From contig CBDFJG010000004.1 in NCBI GenBank assembly GCA_965248445.1, positions 256,001 through 320,000 on the forward strand: DNA of 64,000 nucleotides, written 5' to 3'. The notes under the pieces were generated by a model that saw nothing but the letters and a program-made list of their open reading frames with translations, ran no database searches and was not told the origin of the DNA. How positions within the stretch are numbered: the stretch's first letter is position 1; each line of letters opens with the position of its first letter. The position numbers and the translations under genes were made by a program. Below, piece by piece: positions 48,574 to 58,247 of this stretch. Origin of the DNA: Planctomycetota bacterium (lineage in GTDB: Bacteria; Planctomycetota; JAJSAM01; JAJVHW01).

Positions 48574-50034
48574 TTGCGGAGCGACGACTTGAGCGAGACC
48601 ACGACGAGCACGACGAAGAGCGGACGCACGGGCGGTGCGCAGGGGTTCCTGCGCTACTGGGGTCCGCCGGTGGCCATCGGGCTGGTCCTCGGCGTGGTGT
48701 TCCTCTACGGCTGGCGGTTCCTGACGGTGTCACCCGTGGACCGGCTGGTGGATCAGTGGCGCTGGGCCGAGAACGAGGCGATCCGCGGGCAGAACGAAGC
48801 GCTGGCCGCAGACATCCGTGCCCTCGGACGCTCTGCCGGCGACGACCTGCTCGACGCGTTCGCCGCCGCGTCGTGCGAGTTCAGCGACCACAAGCTGTGG
48901 ATCGGCGGACTCCTGATCGACGAGCCGTTCCAGGACCTGGAGGGTCTCGCCGGACTCGCGCGCAACGGCGACGAGTGTGATCGCCGAGCCGCGTCGACGC
49001 TGCTGGCGCTCACTCTGGGCCGAGAAACCGACCACGACCTGGTGATGCCGGGCATCCTCGACTGGCTGCACGACCTCGACTCGGACTACCACGACGCGCC
49101 CATCGAAGCGGTCGTCGCGATGTTCCCGCTCTACGGTGAGTGGGACGGGCGGGCGAAGCAGGCGCTTGTGGCGCTGGCCGCGAAGCGTCCGCCGCGGACC
49201 GACGTCCCAGCGGACGAGGACTGGACCGCGCGGGACCGTTCCGACGCACTCCGTGCCCTCGTGGAATGGCTCCGTCCGGTCGCCGCCGAACCCGATGCCG
49301 AGGTACTCGCGCTCCTCACGTCCGTGCTGAACGACGAGACGGACGATTCCGGCCCTCGCATCGAGGCGCTGCGCGGACTGTCGGGCGGCAAGGCCGAACT
49401 CGGCGGCACGGAATCGTGGATCGCGGCGCTGCGCAGTGCCGACAGCGTCGTTCGGCAGGCCGCGGCCGAGCACCTCGGCGGCTCCGTCGACCCGGCCTTC
49501 GACGAGGCACTCGCTGCGCTTCACCGCGACGAGCACGAGATCGTGCGCGTCGCCTCTGTCGACACGCAGACCAAACGGCGTAGCCCGACCGTGCTCCCGG
49601 TGATCGATGAGTTGCTCGAAGACTGGGACGAGTGGGTGCGCTACGAGGCGCTCAGGTCCGTCTCCGTGTTCCGCGCGGAGCCGGGCGCCGGGTCGCGCAA
49701 CGGCATGCTCATCCGGCTGCTCGCGACGAGTACCAACAAGCAGGATATCAACGGTGCGATCCTCGCACTGTTCGCCATCACCGGGAAGCTGCCGGACGGG
49801 ATCACCGAGAGCCACTTGGACCGCATCATGTGGGAGGTCGACGAGGGCCCGCTGCAGGCGTTCATGAACGACGCCACCGCACGCAAGAACGCGGTCGTCC
49901 TGTTCCGCGAACAGTTCGGCGGTACGGCGGTGTGGACGACCTCGGACCGCGAGAAGACGCTGCGAAAGCTGCTCGAGCACCCGGACCTCAAGAACCAGGC
50001 CCGCGCAAAGGACGAACTCGAAAAGCTGAAGTAG
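48574..50034 (+). CDS. Membrane-anchored HEAT-repeat protein
   Basis: N-terminal TM (VAIGLVLGVVFLYGW), repeats DSVVRQAAAEHLG, EIVRVASV, EWVRYEAL. Confidence 0.7.
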   Translation: MRSDDLSETTTSTTKSGRTGGAQGFLRYWGPPVAIGLVLGVVFLYGWRFLTVSPVDRLVDQWRWAENEAIRGQNEALAADIRALGRSAGDDLLDAFAAASCEFSDHKLWIGGLLIDEPFQDLEGLAGLARNGDECDRRAASTLLALTLGRETDHDLVMPGILDWLHDLDSDYHDAPIEAVVAMFPLYGEWDGRAKQALVALAAKRPPRTDVPADEDWTARDRSDALRALVEWLRPVAAEPDAEVLALLTSVLNDETDDSGPRIEALRGLSGGKAELGGTESWIAALRSADSVVRQAAAEHLGGSVDPAFDEALAALHRDEHEIVRVASVDTQTKRRSPTVLPVIDELLEDWDEWVRYEALRSVSVFRAEPGAGSRNGMLIRLLATSTNKQDINGAILALFAITGKLPDGITESHLDRIMWEVDEGPLQAFMNDATARKNAVVLFREQFGGTAVWTTSDREKTLRKLLEHPDLKNQARAKDELEKLK

Positions 50035-50111
50035 CGGCAGGGCGGGCCGCTGCGCCCGCCCGCGCCCCAAGTCCACGCGTCAGCGGAGGCGTGCAACCGA
50101 TCACGCGAGCG

Positions 50112-50292
50112 TCGCGGGAGGGGCAGCGCCCCGCCCCTACAGCCACGTTGTTCTCGTTGCGCGAATGCGGCGGGCGCGCGGGTTGCGCAGCAGCCCGCGT
50201 GCCCGTAGCCCTCCGTAGCGGTCGGAGACCGCGTAGGAGGGAAACACATCCTGAGGAGCCGGCACGAGGATCGCCTCGCGATCCTCGTGACG
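50112..50292. repeat. ~180-bp structured REP-like repeat, copy 1 (between convergent genes)
   Basis: Collinear with 58066-58244; four hairpins and several GTAG/CTAC motifs. Confidence 0.85.
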
Positions 50293-50294
50293 AG

Positions 50295-51797
50295 CTACCT
50301 CAGGATCACGTTGGCGGTGTCGTTGCGGACGTCGATGCCGAACTTGTTCAGCCTCTCCGCGACGACGTCCTCGCGAACGCGGTGCGCGATCTCTGCGAAA
50401 GGCGGCGCCGGACGCCGGGCCTCGACGAACACGACGTGCCAGCCGACCTTGCTGCGCACGGGCCGCGACAGCTCACCGACCGTGCCCTCGAATGCGAGCT
50501 TCGCCAGCAGCGACTCGCCCTCGACCGTGAGTCGCGACCACACCGCCGGCTCGCCGGCCGCGCGACGCGCCGTGTCGTTGCGCGCCATGCTCTTCGCGAC
50601 CTCGGTGACGGCCACCGCGACGGGCACACGTGAACGCTCGCCGCCCGGGCTGTCGAGTCCGGCACTCGTGCGCACATCGACGTAGGCGCCGAGCGCCTGC
50701 TTCCACGCCTGCTTGAACGTCGGCAGCTTGAACTCTCCGCTCCCCGCGTCCTGGGCGGCGACGAAGACCTGGCGGACCATCGCGCGCTCGCCGTACAGCT
50801 CGCGGCTGGCCTCCCAGTGCGCTCTCACCTCGGGGTCCGTCACCGTGCGATTGAGCAGGCGGCGCATGCCGATGCGGGAGCTGAACGTGGGGTCGTTCCG
50901 GAGGTCTTCGACGGTCAAGCCCTTCGAGCGCACCAGGAACTGCTCGAACTTGATGCCGAGATCCTGGACCTGCGGGTCCTCGAGGAACCGCTCGCGCATC
51001 CGGTCGATGGCTGCATCGACCTCCCGCGGCGTGACGGTCTCGCCCTCGCGGCGGAGCCGGTGCTCGGCTGCAGCGGCCTCGACGAGTTCCATGACGACGC
51101 CCTGCACCATCTCTTGCGGGAGCTTGTTGCGTAGGTGCTTCGCGAACGCATGTCTGTTGATGGTCTGCGAGCCGGCGCGCGCCAGCACGCCGCCGGGCAG
51201 CGCCTCGATGACGGCGCCCTTCAACACGTCGTCGGCCGCAGGCGAGAGTTCGACGACGCCCACGCCCAGGCGCTTGCGCATCGAGTAGAGCCAGAGCTTC
51301 AGGAGTCGCTCGCTGATCTCCTCGCCGGGTTTCCGGCCGAGATCGACGCGGGCCATCTTCTCGCGGAGGATGAACTCCCGGGCCGTCGCGCGAAACTCCT
51401 GGCGCGTGCTGCCCTCGTAGATCGTCTCGATCGTGTCCTGGTTGCGGCTGCGCTGGCGGATGTTCGCATCGACGTTCGCTATGTACGCGTCGAGTTCGGA
51501 AGCCGTGACCGTGATGCCGCGACGGGCGGCCTCCTGCTCGACGATGGATGCGTCGATCATCTGACTGAGCAGTTCCGCGCCCCGCTGGCTCTTCGCGTAG
51601 TTGCGCGCCAGTCGGTCGAGAACGTCGCTCTCGCGGATGTCTTTGCCGTAGACCCGTGCCGCGATGCCCGCGGGGAGGCGGCTGTCTTGTGCTGCGGCCA
51701 CACCCGCCGGGCCGAGGGTGCTCGGCGCCGAGGCGAGTGCTACCGCGAGGGCCAGCGCTGCCGCGAGCAGCAGGGTCAGTGCGTGAGAAATGCGCAT
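50295..51797 (-). CDS. SurA/PpiC-like peptidyl-prolyl isomerase/chaperone
   Basis: Signal peptide, AARVYGKDI, EQEAARRGITVT, RQVFV, GELSRPVRSKVGWHVV. Confidence 0.7.
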   Translation of the reverse strand: MRISHALTLLLAAALALAVALASAPSTLGPAGVAAAQDSRLPAGIAARVYGKDIRESDVLDRLARNYAKSQRGAELLSQMIDASIVEQEAARRGITVTASELDAYIANVDANIRQRSRNQDTIETIYEGSTRQEFRATAREFILREKMARVDLGRKPGEEISERLLKLWLYSMRKRLGVGVVELSPAADDVLKGAVIEALPGGVLARAGSQTINRHAFAKHLRNKLPQEMVQGVVMELVEAAAAEHRLRREGETVTPREVDAAIDRMRERFLEDPQVQDLGIKFEQFLVRSKGLTVEDLRNDPTFSSRIGMRRLLNRTVTDPEVRAHWEASRELYGERAMVRQVFVAAQDAGSGEFKLPTFKQAWKQALGAYVDVRTSAGLDSPGGERSRVPVAVAVTEVAKSMARNDTARRAAGEPAVWSRLTVEGESLLAKLAFEGTVGELSRPVRSKVGWHVVFVEARRPAPPFAEIAHRVREDVVAERLNKFGIDVRNDTANVILR

Positions 51798-51798
51798 G

Positions 51799-53187
51799 TC
51801 AGGGTCGCTCGTCCTTCTCCATGCCCCGCCCGCCGTCGGCCGCCTTCTCGGATGTGTCCTCGAACGCGCCGTGCTTTCGCACCCAGTTCACGACCTCGTC
51901 CCGCATCAATCGTCCGGTGTCCTCGACCGGCAGGCTCTTGAGCCCGAAGTACTTGTCCACGTGGTCGCCCACGTACGAGTTCGTTGCGACCGTGTAGTCG
52001 TTCTCGGGCACGAGTTTGTCACCGAGTCGCTTCTTGGCGTATTCGGGAAGCTGGCTGCCCTTGAACGTGAGCTTCACCAGCGTGTTGTCGAAGGGCAGGA
52101 TCGTCCAGACGCTGCGGATCGTGATCTCGCCTGCCTCGACGTTGCCCCGGATGCCGCCCATGTTCTGGTAGCCGAAGTCGCAGCCGAGCAACTCCTTGTA
52201 GATGTGCTCGATCCGGGAACGGAGGCGCTTGCGATTGAGGCGCTTCTCGGTCTTCCCGATGATCTCGGCGACCTGGTCCTCGACCTTGCCCTCCCAGGCG
52301 GCGACGAGCTCCGCCACGCGCGGGTCGTTCGGCATCGACTTCTCGTCGTCCACGTTGACCAGGCGGTACGCGAACTCGGTGACCTTCTTCTCGACCGCGT
52401 CCCACGTGAGGTCGACGATGCCGACGCGCTGTCCGTAGCACCACGCCTGCACGATCTTCGTGCCGCCGATGGTCAGCGCTTCCTTCAGTTCGGTGTGCGT
52501 GTGACCGCCGACGATCAAGTCGATCCCGGGAACGGCGCCGGCGAGCGCAGCGTCGCCGTCCACGCCGACGTGTGTCAGCAGCACGAGGACGTCGCACTTC
52601 TCGCGGAGGGCGGGCGCGAGACGCTTCGCGGCCTCGACCGGGCTCTCGAACGTGCAGCCCTCGCTGGCGGCCTTCACCGTCAGTTGGGGAACGCCGTCCG
52701 TCAGCAGGCCGAGCACCCCGACGCGCACGCCTCCGACGTCGAACACCTTGTGCGGCGCGTCGCCGATCGACTTGCCCTCCGGGTCCTGCGCGTTCGCGCA
52801 GAGCAGCGGGAAGTCGGCGATCTCCTGGAACTCGCGCACGAGCTTCCATCCGTGATCGAACTCGTGGTTGCCGACCGCGGCGGCGTCGTAGCCCATGGCG
52901 CTCATGATCTCGAAGATAGGACGGCCCTTGAACACGGTCGAGACCGGTGTGCCGCTGATGCAGTCCCCGCCGTCGAGGAACAGCGTGTTGGGGTTCTTCC
53001 GGCGGGCCTCGCGAGCCACGGCCGCGATGGCAGCGGCCTTCTCCACGTGGCCGTGGAAGTCGTTGGTGTGGAGGATCTGCACCTTGCGCAGGCGGGGCGG
53101 CTCCTCCGCGCGAGTCGTCCGCGAGGTCGGAACCAGCGCCAGAAAGCCGCCCAGGAGGACGATCGTGAAGACGAGTCGCACGTGCAT
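51799..53187 (-). CDS. 5'-nucleotidase / bifunctional metallophosphatase
   Basis: LHTNDFHG, LDGGD, GNHEFD, LTHVG, GGHTH, N.GGIR, LPFDN. Confidence 0.92.
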   Translation of the reverse strand: MHVRLVFTIVLLGGFLALVPTSRTTRAEEPPRLRKVQILHTNDFHGHVEKAAAIAAVAREARRKNPNTLFLDGGDCISGTPVSTVFKGRPIFEIMSAMGYDAAAVGNHEFDHGWKLVREFQEIADFPLLCANAQDPEGKSIGDAPHKVFDVGGVRVGVLGLLTDGVPQLTVKAASEGCTFESPVEAAKRLAPALREKCDVLVLLTHVGVDGDAALAGAVPGIDLIVGGHTHTELKEALTIGGTKIVQAWCYGQRVGIVDLTWDAVEKKVTEFAYRLVNVDDEKSMPNDPRVAELVAAWEGKVEDQVAEIIGKTEKRLNRKRLRSRIEHIYKELLGCDFGYQNMGGIRGNVEAGEITIRSVWTILPFDNTLVKLTFKGSQLPEYAKKRLGDKLVPENDYTVATNSYVGDHVDKYFGLKSLPVEDTGRLMRDEVVNWVRKHGAFEDTSEKAADGGRGMEKDERP

Positions 53188-53304
53188 AGCGGAGAGGTTA
53201 GGCGCCCCGCTGGGCCGCCCGAAGCACGCTCGGACAGCGCGGGCATGGAGCCTGCCCCGATCCGAGACGGCTAGTTGACCAGGGCTGGGGTATGCTTCCG
53301 CGCA

Positions 53305-53937
53305 ATGAGACAGACACGCACACCCTGGCGGGTGGCCCTGCTCGTGCCCGCGCTCGCGGCGGCGCTCCTCCTGGGAGCCTGCGCCAGCGACGGCGGAGGG
53401 GAGAAATCCCCGGGCGACGGCTCCCACGTCGGCGCCGCGCTCGGCGGTTCCGAAGGCGGGTACGAGGGCCCGGGCGAGGCGGTCAGGGACAACGTCCGTG
53501 TCACGTGGCGCAACCTCGACGACCGCAATCCGGATGTCACCCAGAGCCTCGTCAACGCGAGTTCCGAGATGGGGCGCCAGCTCCGGAGCGGACGGACGAG
53601 CTCGACGTCCACACGGGTGCTGGCGGACACCGATATGGGAACGCTCATCGAAGAGCTCGACGACGTCGGGTTCTTCGACGAGGCGAAGTCCGGGCTGTCG
53701 CTCCAGAACGTCCCCGACCTCCCGGGCGCACGCGGGGTGGTGGTCGTGGAGCGAAACGGCCGCGCACAGGGCCTGCTCATGACGACCGGGCTGTCCGGTA
53801 CACGCGTCCCCGAGACGTACGTGAAGAGCAAGCAGCTCATCTTCTCTGTCCACTCCGCGGTGCAGGGCTACGAGGTTCGCGTCAACGTCGACGAGGACCG
53901 TGTGTTCCAGGCGCCGAGGGCGAGGTTGCGGCGTTGA
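53305..53937 (+). CDS. Putative lipoprotein
   Basis: Signal peptide with lipobox LLGA-C; TTGA overlap with kdsB. Confidence 0.7.
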   Translation: MRQTRTPWRVALLVPALAAALLLGACASDGGGEKSPGDGSHVGAALGGSEGGYEGPGEAVRDNVRVTWRNLDDRNPDVTQSLVNASSEMGRQLRSGRTSSTSTRVLADTDMGTLIEELDDVGFFDEAKSGLSLQNVPDLPGARGVVVVERNGRAQGLLMTTGLSGTRVPETYVKSKQLIFSVHSAVQGYEVRVNVDEDRVFQAPRARLRR

Positions 53938-54725
53938 ACGACCCGGATCGCGCGAGCGGAGTGCTCGTCGTGATCCCGGCCCGGCTCGCCTCGACCCGCC
54001 TCCCGCGGAAGCCGCTGGCGGATGTCGGCGGGGACCCGCTCATCGTCCACGTGCTCCGCAACGCCCGCGGCATCGCGGGCGCGACGGCCGTCGTCGTCGC
54101 AACGGACTCGGAGGAGATCGCATCGGCGGTCCGCGCGGCCGGCGGTGAGGCGGTGCTGACGTCCGTGGACTGCGCCTCGGGAACCGATCGCGTCGCCGAA
54201 GTGGCTGCCGCCCGCGACGAGGAGATCGTGGTCAACGTCCAGGGCGACGAGCCGGAACTCCCGGCGGCGGACGTGGATCGACTGATCGCGACGATGAAAC
54301 GGGACTCGTCCCTCCGCATGGGTACCCTGGCCGCGCCGGCGGAAGAGGGCGAGTTCGAGCGCCCGTCCGTCGTGAAGGTGGTGTGTGACGGTGCGGGGCG
54401 GGCGGTGTCCTTCTCTCGCACGGTTGCGTCCGATCGGACTGCTCCCGCCCGTGGGCCCATGCAGCACGTGGGGCCCATGCGGCATGTGGGGGTCTACGCC
54501 TTCCGGCGGGCGGCACTGCTCGAGTTCGCGGCTCTCCCGCCGACAGAGCTCGAACGGACGGAGAGGCTGGAGCAACTCCGCGCGATCGAGCACGGGTGGA
54601 GCATCGCGGTCGTGGTGGGCGAGCGGGCTCCGGCAGGGATCGACACCGTCGCGGACCTCGAGGCGTTCCGCGAGCGGTGGACAGCGCACTCACAGCAGGG
54701 GCATTCACAGGAGAGGTCAGCGTGA
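53934..54725 (+). CDS. kdsB: 3-deoxy-manno-octulosonate cytidylyltransferase
   Basis: VIPARLASTRLPRKPL, VATD, SGTDR, NVQGDEP, HVGVY, ERLEQLR, IDT. Confidence 0.92.
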   Translation: MNDPDRASGVLVVIPARLASTRLPRKPLADVGGDPLIVHVLRNARGIAGATAVVVATDSEEIASAVRAAGGEAVLTSVDCASGTDRVAEVAAARDEEIVVNVQGDEPELPAADVDRLIATMKRDSSLRMGTLAAPAEEGEFERPSVVKVVCDGAGRAVSFSRTVASDRTAPARGPMQHVGPMRHVGVYAFRRAALLEFAALPPTELERTERLEQLRAIEHGWSIAVVVGERAPAGIDTVADLEAFRERWTAHSQQGHSQERSA

Positions 54726-56374
54726 ACGAGAGCTTCCCGAAGCAGATCTTCGTGACCGGAGGCGTGGTCAGCTCGCTCGGCAAAGGCCTGACGTGCGCCG
54801 CCCTCGGCATGTTGCTGGAGCATCACGGACTCAGGGTCGCGATGCAGAAGATGGACCCGTACATCAACGTCGATCCCGGAACGATGAACCCGTTCCAGCA
54901 CGGCGAGGTGTACGTGACGGCCGACGGCGCCGAGACCGACCTCGACCTAGGCCACTACGAGCGGTTCACGCACGCGACGATCAACCGGCACAGCAACTAC
55001 ACCACGGGCCAGATCTACAACTCGGTGATCGCCAAGGAGCGTCGCGGCGACTACCTCGGCGCGTGCATCCAGGTCATCCCGCACATCACGAACGAGATCA
55101 AGGCAGCCATCCGCTCCGCGCGGACCGACGCCGCCGACGTGGTCATCACCGAGATCGGCGGGACGATCGGCGACATCGAGTCGCTGCCGTTCATCGAGGC
55201 GATCCGTCAGCTCGGCATCGAAGAGGGCCGGGGCAACTGCCTCTTCATCCACCTCACGCTGCTGACGTACCTGCGCGCGGCCCGCGAGCTGAAGACCAAG
55301 CCGACGCAGCAGAGCGTGGGCAAGCTGCGTGAGATCGGAATCATCCCGGACATCCTGGTGTGCCGCACCGAGCACCCGATGACCGGCGAGATCCGGTCGA
55401 AGCTCTCGTTGTTCTGCAACGTCCCGGCCGAGGCGGTCATCGAAGAGATGGACGTCAAGGACACGATCTACGAGTTGCCGCTGATGCTCCACGAGCAGGG
55501 ACTCGACTCGCTTGTGCTCGACAAGCTCGGTCTCGAGTCTCGCGTCGAGCGCGCGGAGTTTCCCGAGTGGAAGCGCGTCGTCGAGACGGCCCGCCGGCCA
55601 CAGCGCGAAGTCACGATCGCCGTGGTGGGCAAGTACATCGATCTGCACGATGCGTACAAGTCGATCTACGAGGCGCTCTCCCACGGCGGACTGGCGAACC
55701 AGGCGAACGTGGTCATCCGGAAGGTCAACTCCGACCGGCTCGACGCGGCCACACTCGACGAGACGTTCGCCGGAGTGGGCGGGCTGCTGATCCCCGGGGG
55801 GTTCGGCGAGCGCGGGGTCGAAGGCAAGATCGACGCGGCCCACTGGGCAGCGGAGAACGGCGTGCCGTACTTCGGGATCTGTCTCGGCATGCAGTGCGCC
55901 ACGATCTTCGCCGCGCGGAAGCTCGTCGGGCTCGAGGACGCGTACTCCCGCGAGTTCGACGAGAACTGCGCGGCGCCGGTCATCGACCTGATGGCCGACC
56001 AGAAGAAGGTCACCAAGAAGGGCGGGACGATGCGGCTCGGCAGCTATCCGTGCCGGGTCGAGCCCGACAGCATCGCCGGACGGGCGTACGGCGAGGAGGT
56101 CGTCCACGAACGGCACCGCCACCGCTTTGAGTACAACAACGCGTACCGGGAGCGCCTGGTCGAGGCTGGATTGCGGAACACGGGCGTCTACGAGGAGGCG
56201 GATCTGGTCGAGATCGTCGAGCTCGAAGGGCACCCGTGGTTCGTCGGCGTCCAGTTCCACCCGGAGTTCCAGAGCAAGCCGACGGAGCCGCATCCGCTGT
56301 TCGCGTCGTTCGTCGCTGCTGCCTGCGAGCGGAAGAGTGCGCCCACACAGCACGCGGCGCAGACCTCCGCGTGA
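54722..56374 (+). CDS. pyrG: CTP synthase
   Basis: IFVTGGVVSSLGKG, DPYINVDPGTM, KTKPTQ, GICLGMQ, RHRHR, QFHPEF. Confidence 0.98.
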   Translation: MNESFPKQIFVTGGVVSSLGKGLTCAALGMLLEHHGLRVAMQKMDPYINVDPGTMNPFQHGEVYVTADGAETDLDLGHYERFTHATINRHSNYTTGQIYNSVIAKERRGDYLGACIQVIPHITNEIKAAIRSARTDAADVVITEIGGTIGDIESLPFIEAIRQLGIEEGRGNCLFIHLTLLTYLRAARELKTKPTQQSVGKLREIGIIPDILVCRTEHPMTGEIRSKLSLFCNVPAEAVIEEMDVKDTIYELPLMLHEQGLDSLVLDKLGLESRVERAEFPEWKRVVETARRPQREVTIAVVGKYIDLHDAYKSIYEALSHGGLANQANVVIRKVNSDRLDAATLDETFAGVGGLLIPGGFGERGVEGKIDAAHWAAENGVPYFGICLGMQCATIFAARKLVGLEDAYSREFDENCAAPVIDLMADQKKVTKKGGTMRLGSYPCRVEPDSIAGRAYGEEVVHERHRHRFEYNNAYRERLVEAGLRNTGVYEEADLVEIVELEGHPWFVGVQFHPEFQSKPTEPHPLFASFVAAACERKSAPTQHAAQTSA

Positions 56375-56640
56375 GTGGCGACGCCCCTCCGGATCTCCCC
56401 AAGCCGTCGTTCGAAGTCCTCGTGCAAGTACTCGCGACACCGTGCTTCGTGCACTTGGGCTTGATGGAGAATCCTGCGACGGGGAAGCGCGAGAAGGACC
56501 TTTCGCAGGCGCGTTGGGCGCTCGATCTCTTGCACGTCGTCGAAGAAGTGACGAAGGACAACCTGTCCGCTGAACAGAACGAACTGCTCGAGCGCATGTT
56601 GCACGAACTGCGCGGCGCGTACATGTCCGCGCGCGACTGA
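56371..56640 (+). CDS. DUF1844 family protein
   Basis: F..LV..L....LG..ENP.TG....DL..AR..LDLL.....TK.NL..E...L...L.EL...Y pattern. Confidence 0.8.
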   Translation: MSGDAPPDLPKPSFEVLVQVLATPCFVHLGLMENPATGKREKDLSQARWALDLLHVVEEVTKDNLSAEQNELLERMLHELRGAYMSARD

Positions 56641-56997
56641 GCGCGCAGCGGATTGCGCTCCAGCGCCGCAGCGATACACTCTCTCTGCGATTGCGCGGCA
56701 CCGGCACCCGCCTTCGCACTGGTGTTGGACGTTGATGTTGAGCCCGGTGTTCTACTGAGCTCGGTGTTGGTTACTGAACCCTGTTGTTGATCGCGGGCGA
56801 GGAACGCGTAACTGTGCCGTCACATCTCTTGTCAGCGCTGCTGGGGACGACGTGCTGCTGCGACGTCACGGAGATGACACGCAGTAAGCACGCGACGCGA
56901 ACGCTGTCCCCGGTCCGTGGTCAGATCACGTTGCGTAGATGCGCGCTCGCTTACCCCCTTGCCGCCGCAAGGCTTCGGTTGTACAGTGCCTCCACAT

Positions 56998-57026
56998 GTA
57001 GTGGTGTTATCCGATAACTCCACTAC
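56998..57026. promoter_or_regulatory. 29-bp near-perfect palindrome, candidate operator
   Basis: GTAGTGGTGTTATC-C-GATAACTCCACTAC (13 of 14 pairs match) in the long leader of the sigma gene. Confidence 0.5.
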
Positions 57027-57122
57027 CGGCCGTTGCCAAGACAGCAGCAGATCGGCGAGAGAGGAACCAGCACGCACGCGAAGAGCGCGTCGCGCGGATC
57101 GATCAACTGCGGGGCGGGCAGA

Positions 57123-57149
57123 TCAAGTTCGTGACCGACGGCCCGACTA
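57123..57149 (+). promoter_or_regulatory. Sigma28-like promoter candidate
   Basis: TCAA-N15-CCCGACTA resembles TAAA/TCAA-N15-GCCGATAA, ~48 bp before TTG 57197. Confidence 0.4.
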
Positions 57150-57196
57150 GGACGGTCAAGGGCAGGACGGTCGAACAAGGACTGTGGAGACGACGT

Positions 57197-57970
57197 TTGG
57201 TCCAGAAGACTCCCGAACTCCAAGCCATGTGGGAGGAGTACAAGCGCACGGAGAAGGTCGATCTGCGCAACCGCCTCGTCGAGGCGTACCTCCCACTTGT
57301 GGACTACCTGGCAGAGCGCATCTCTGAGCGCCTGCCCCGCTGCGTCGGACTGGACGAGGTTCGCAGCGCCGGTGTCCTGGGACTCCTGGATGCCGTCCAG
57401 GGCTTCGACCTCTCGCGAGGGATCAAGTTCGAGACGTACTGCTCGCTGCGCGTGCGCGGCAGCATCCTTGACGAGTTGCGGTCGCGCGACTGGGCGCCTC
57501 GGCTCGTGCGCAGCCGCGCGCAGAAGTTCGGGGTGGCCGTGCTCGAACTGCAGTCCCGGCTGGGCCGCAAGCCGACGCCCGGCGAGATCATGTCCGAGCT
57601 GAAGCTCACCCCGGAGGAGCTGGAGAAGGTCCAGGGGGACGTCTCCCGCCTCGCGATCTATTCGCTCTCCCAGACCGACGATTCGTCGCGCGAGGGCGAC
57701 GGCCCCTCGCGGTCGCAGTTCCTGGTGGACAGCCGCCACCCCGATCCGTCCGAGGAGCTGCAACTCCAGGAGGCGACCGGGGTCGTGTTCGGCGAGCTCG
57801 AGACCCGCGAGCGGTCCGTCCTGGAGCTGTATTACTTCCAGGGGCTCACGATGAAGGAGATCGGGGAGCGCCTGCAGCTCTCGGAGAGCCGCGTCTGCCA
57901 GATCCACGGCCAGGCGGTGGCCCGGGTGCGCGGCGAGCTGAGCGAACGCTCCGACGAGCTGATCGCGTAG
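57197..57970 (+). CDS. FliA/WhiG-family (sigma28) RNA polymerase sigma factor
   Basis: RNRLVEAYLPLV, GLLDAV.GFD..RGIKFETY, RGSILDELR..DW.PR, YY..GLTMKEIG..L.LSESRVCQIH; GGAG RBS before TTG 57197 (alternative start 57131). Confidence 0.93.
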   Translation: MVQKTPELQAMWEEYKRTEKVDLRNRLVEAYLPLVDYLAERISERLPRCVGLDEVRSAGVLGLLDAVQGFDLSRGIKFETYCSLRVRGSILDELRSRDWAPRLVRSRAQKFGVAVLELQSRLGRKPTPGEIMSELKLTPEELEKVQGDVSRLAIYSLSQTDDSSREGDGPSRSQFLVDSRHPDPSEELQLQEATGVVFGELETRERSVLELYYFQGLTMKEIGERLQLSESRVCQIHGQAVARVRGELSERSDELIA

Positions 57971-58065
57971 CGCGGTACGAGGGATCGCGGAGCGCTCCTC
58001 GCTCGCGGGCGCCGCACCCTGCCGCGAGGCAGTCCGGTGTGCGTGCGCCGACGGGCGGCGCGAGC

Positions 58066-58244
58066 TCGCGGGCGGGGCAGCGCCCCGCCCCTACAGCAGG
58101 CTCGCTCGTGTCGCGCGCATGCGAAGGGCGGGGTGGTCGCGTAGCGAGCACCGTGCCCGTAGCCTTCGTAGCGTCCGGAGGACGCGTAGGAGGGAGACAT
58201 AGAGCGCAGCGCGTCACGCGGATCGCTTCGCGATCCGCGTGACG
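58066..58244. repeat. ~180-bp structured REP-like repeat, copy 2 (between the convergent sigma genes)
   Basis: Collinear with 50112-50292, with compensatory stem changes. Confidence 0.85.
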
Positions 58245-58247
58245 CAG

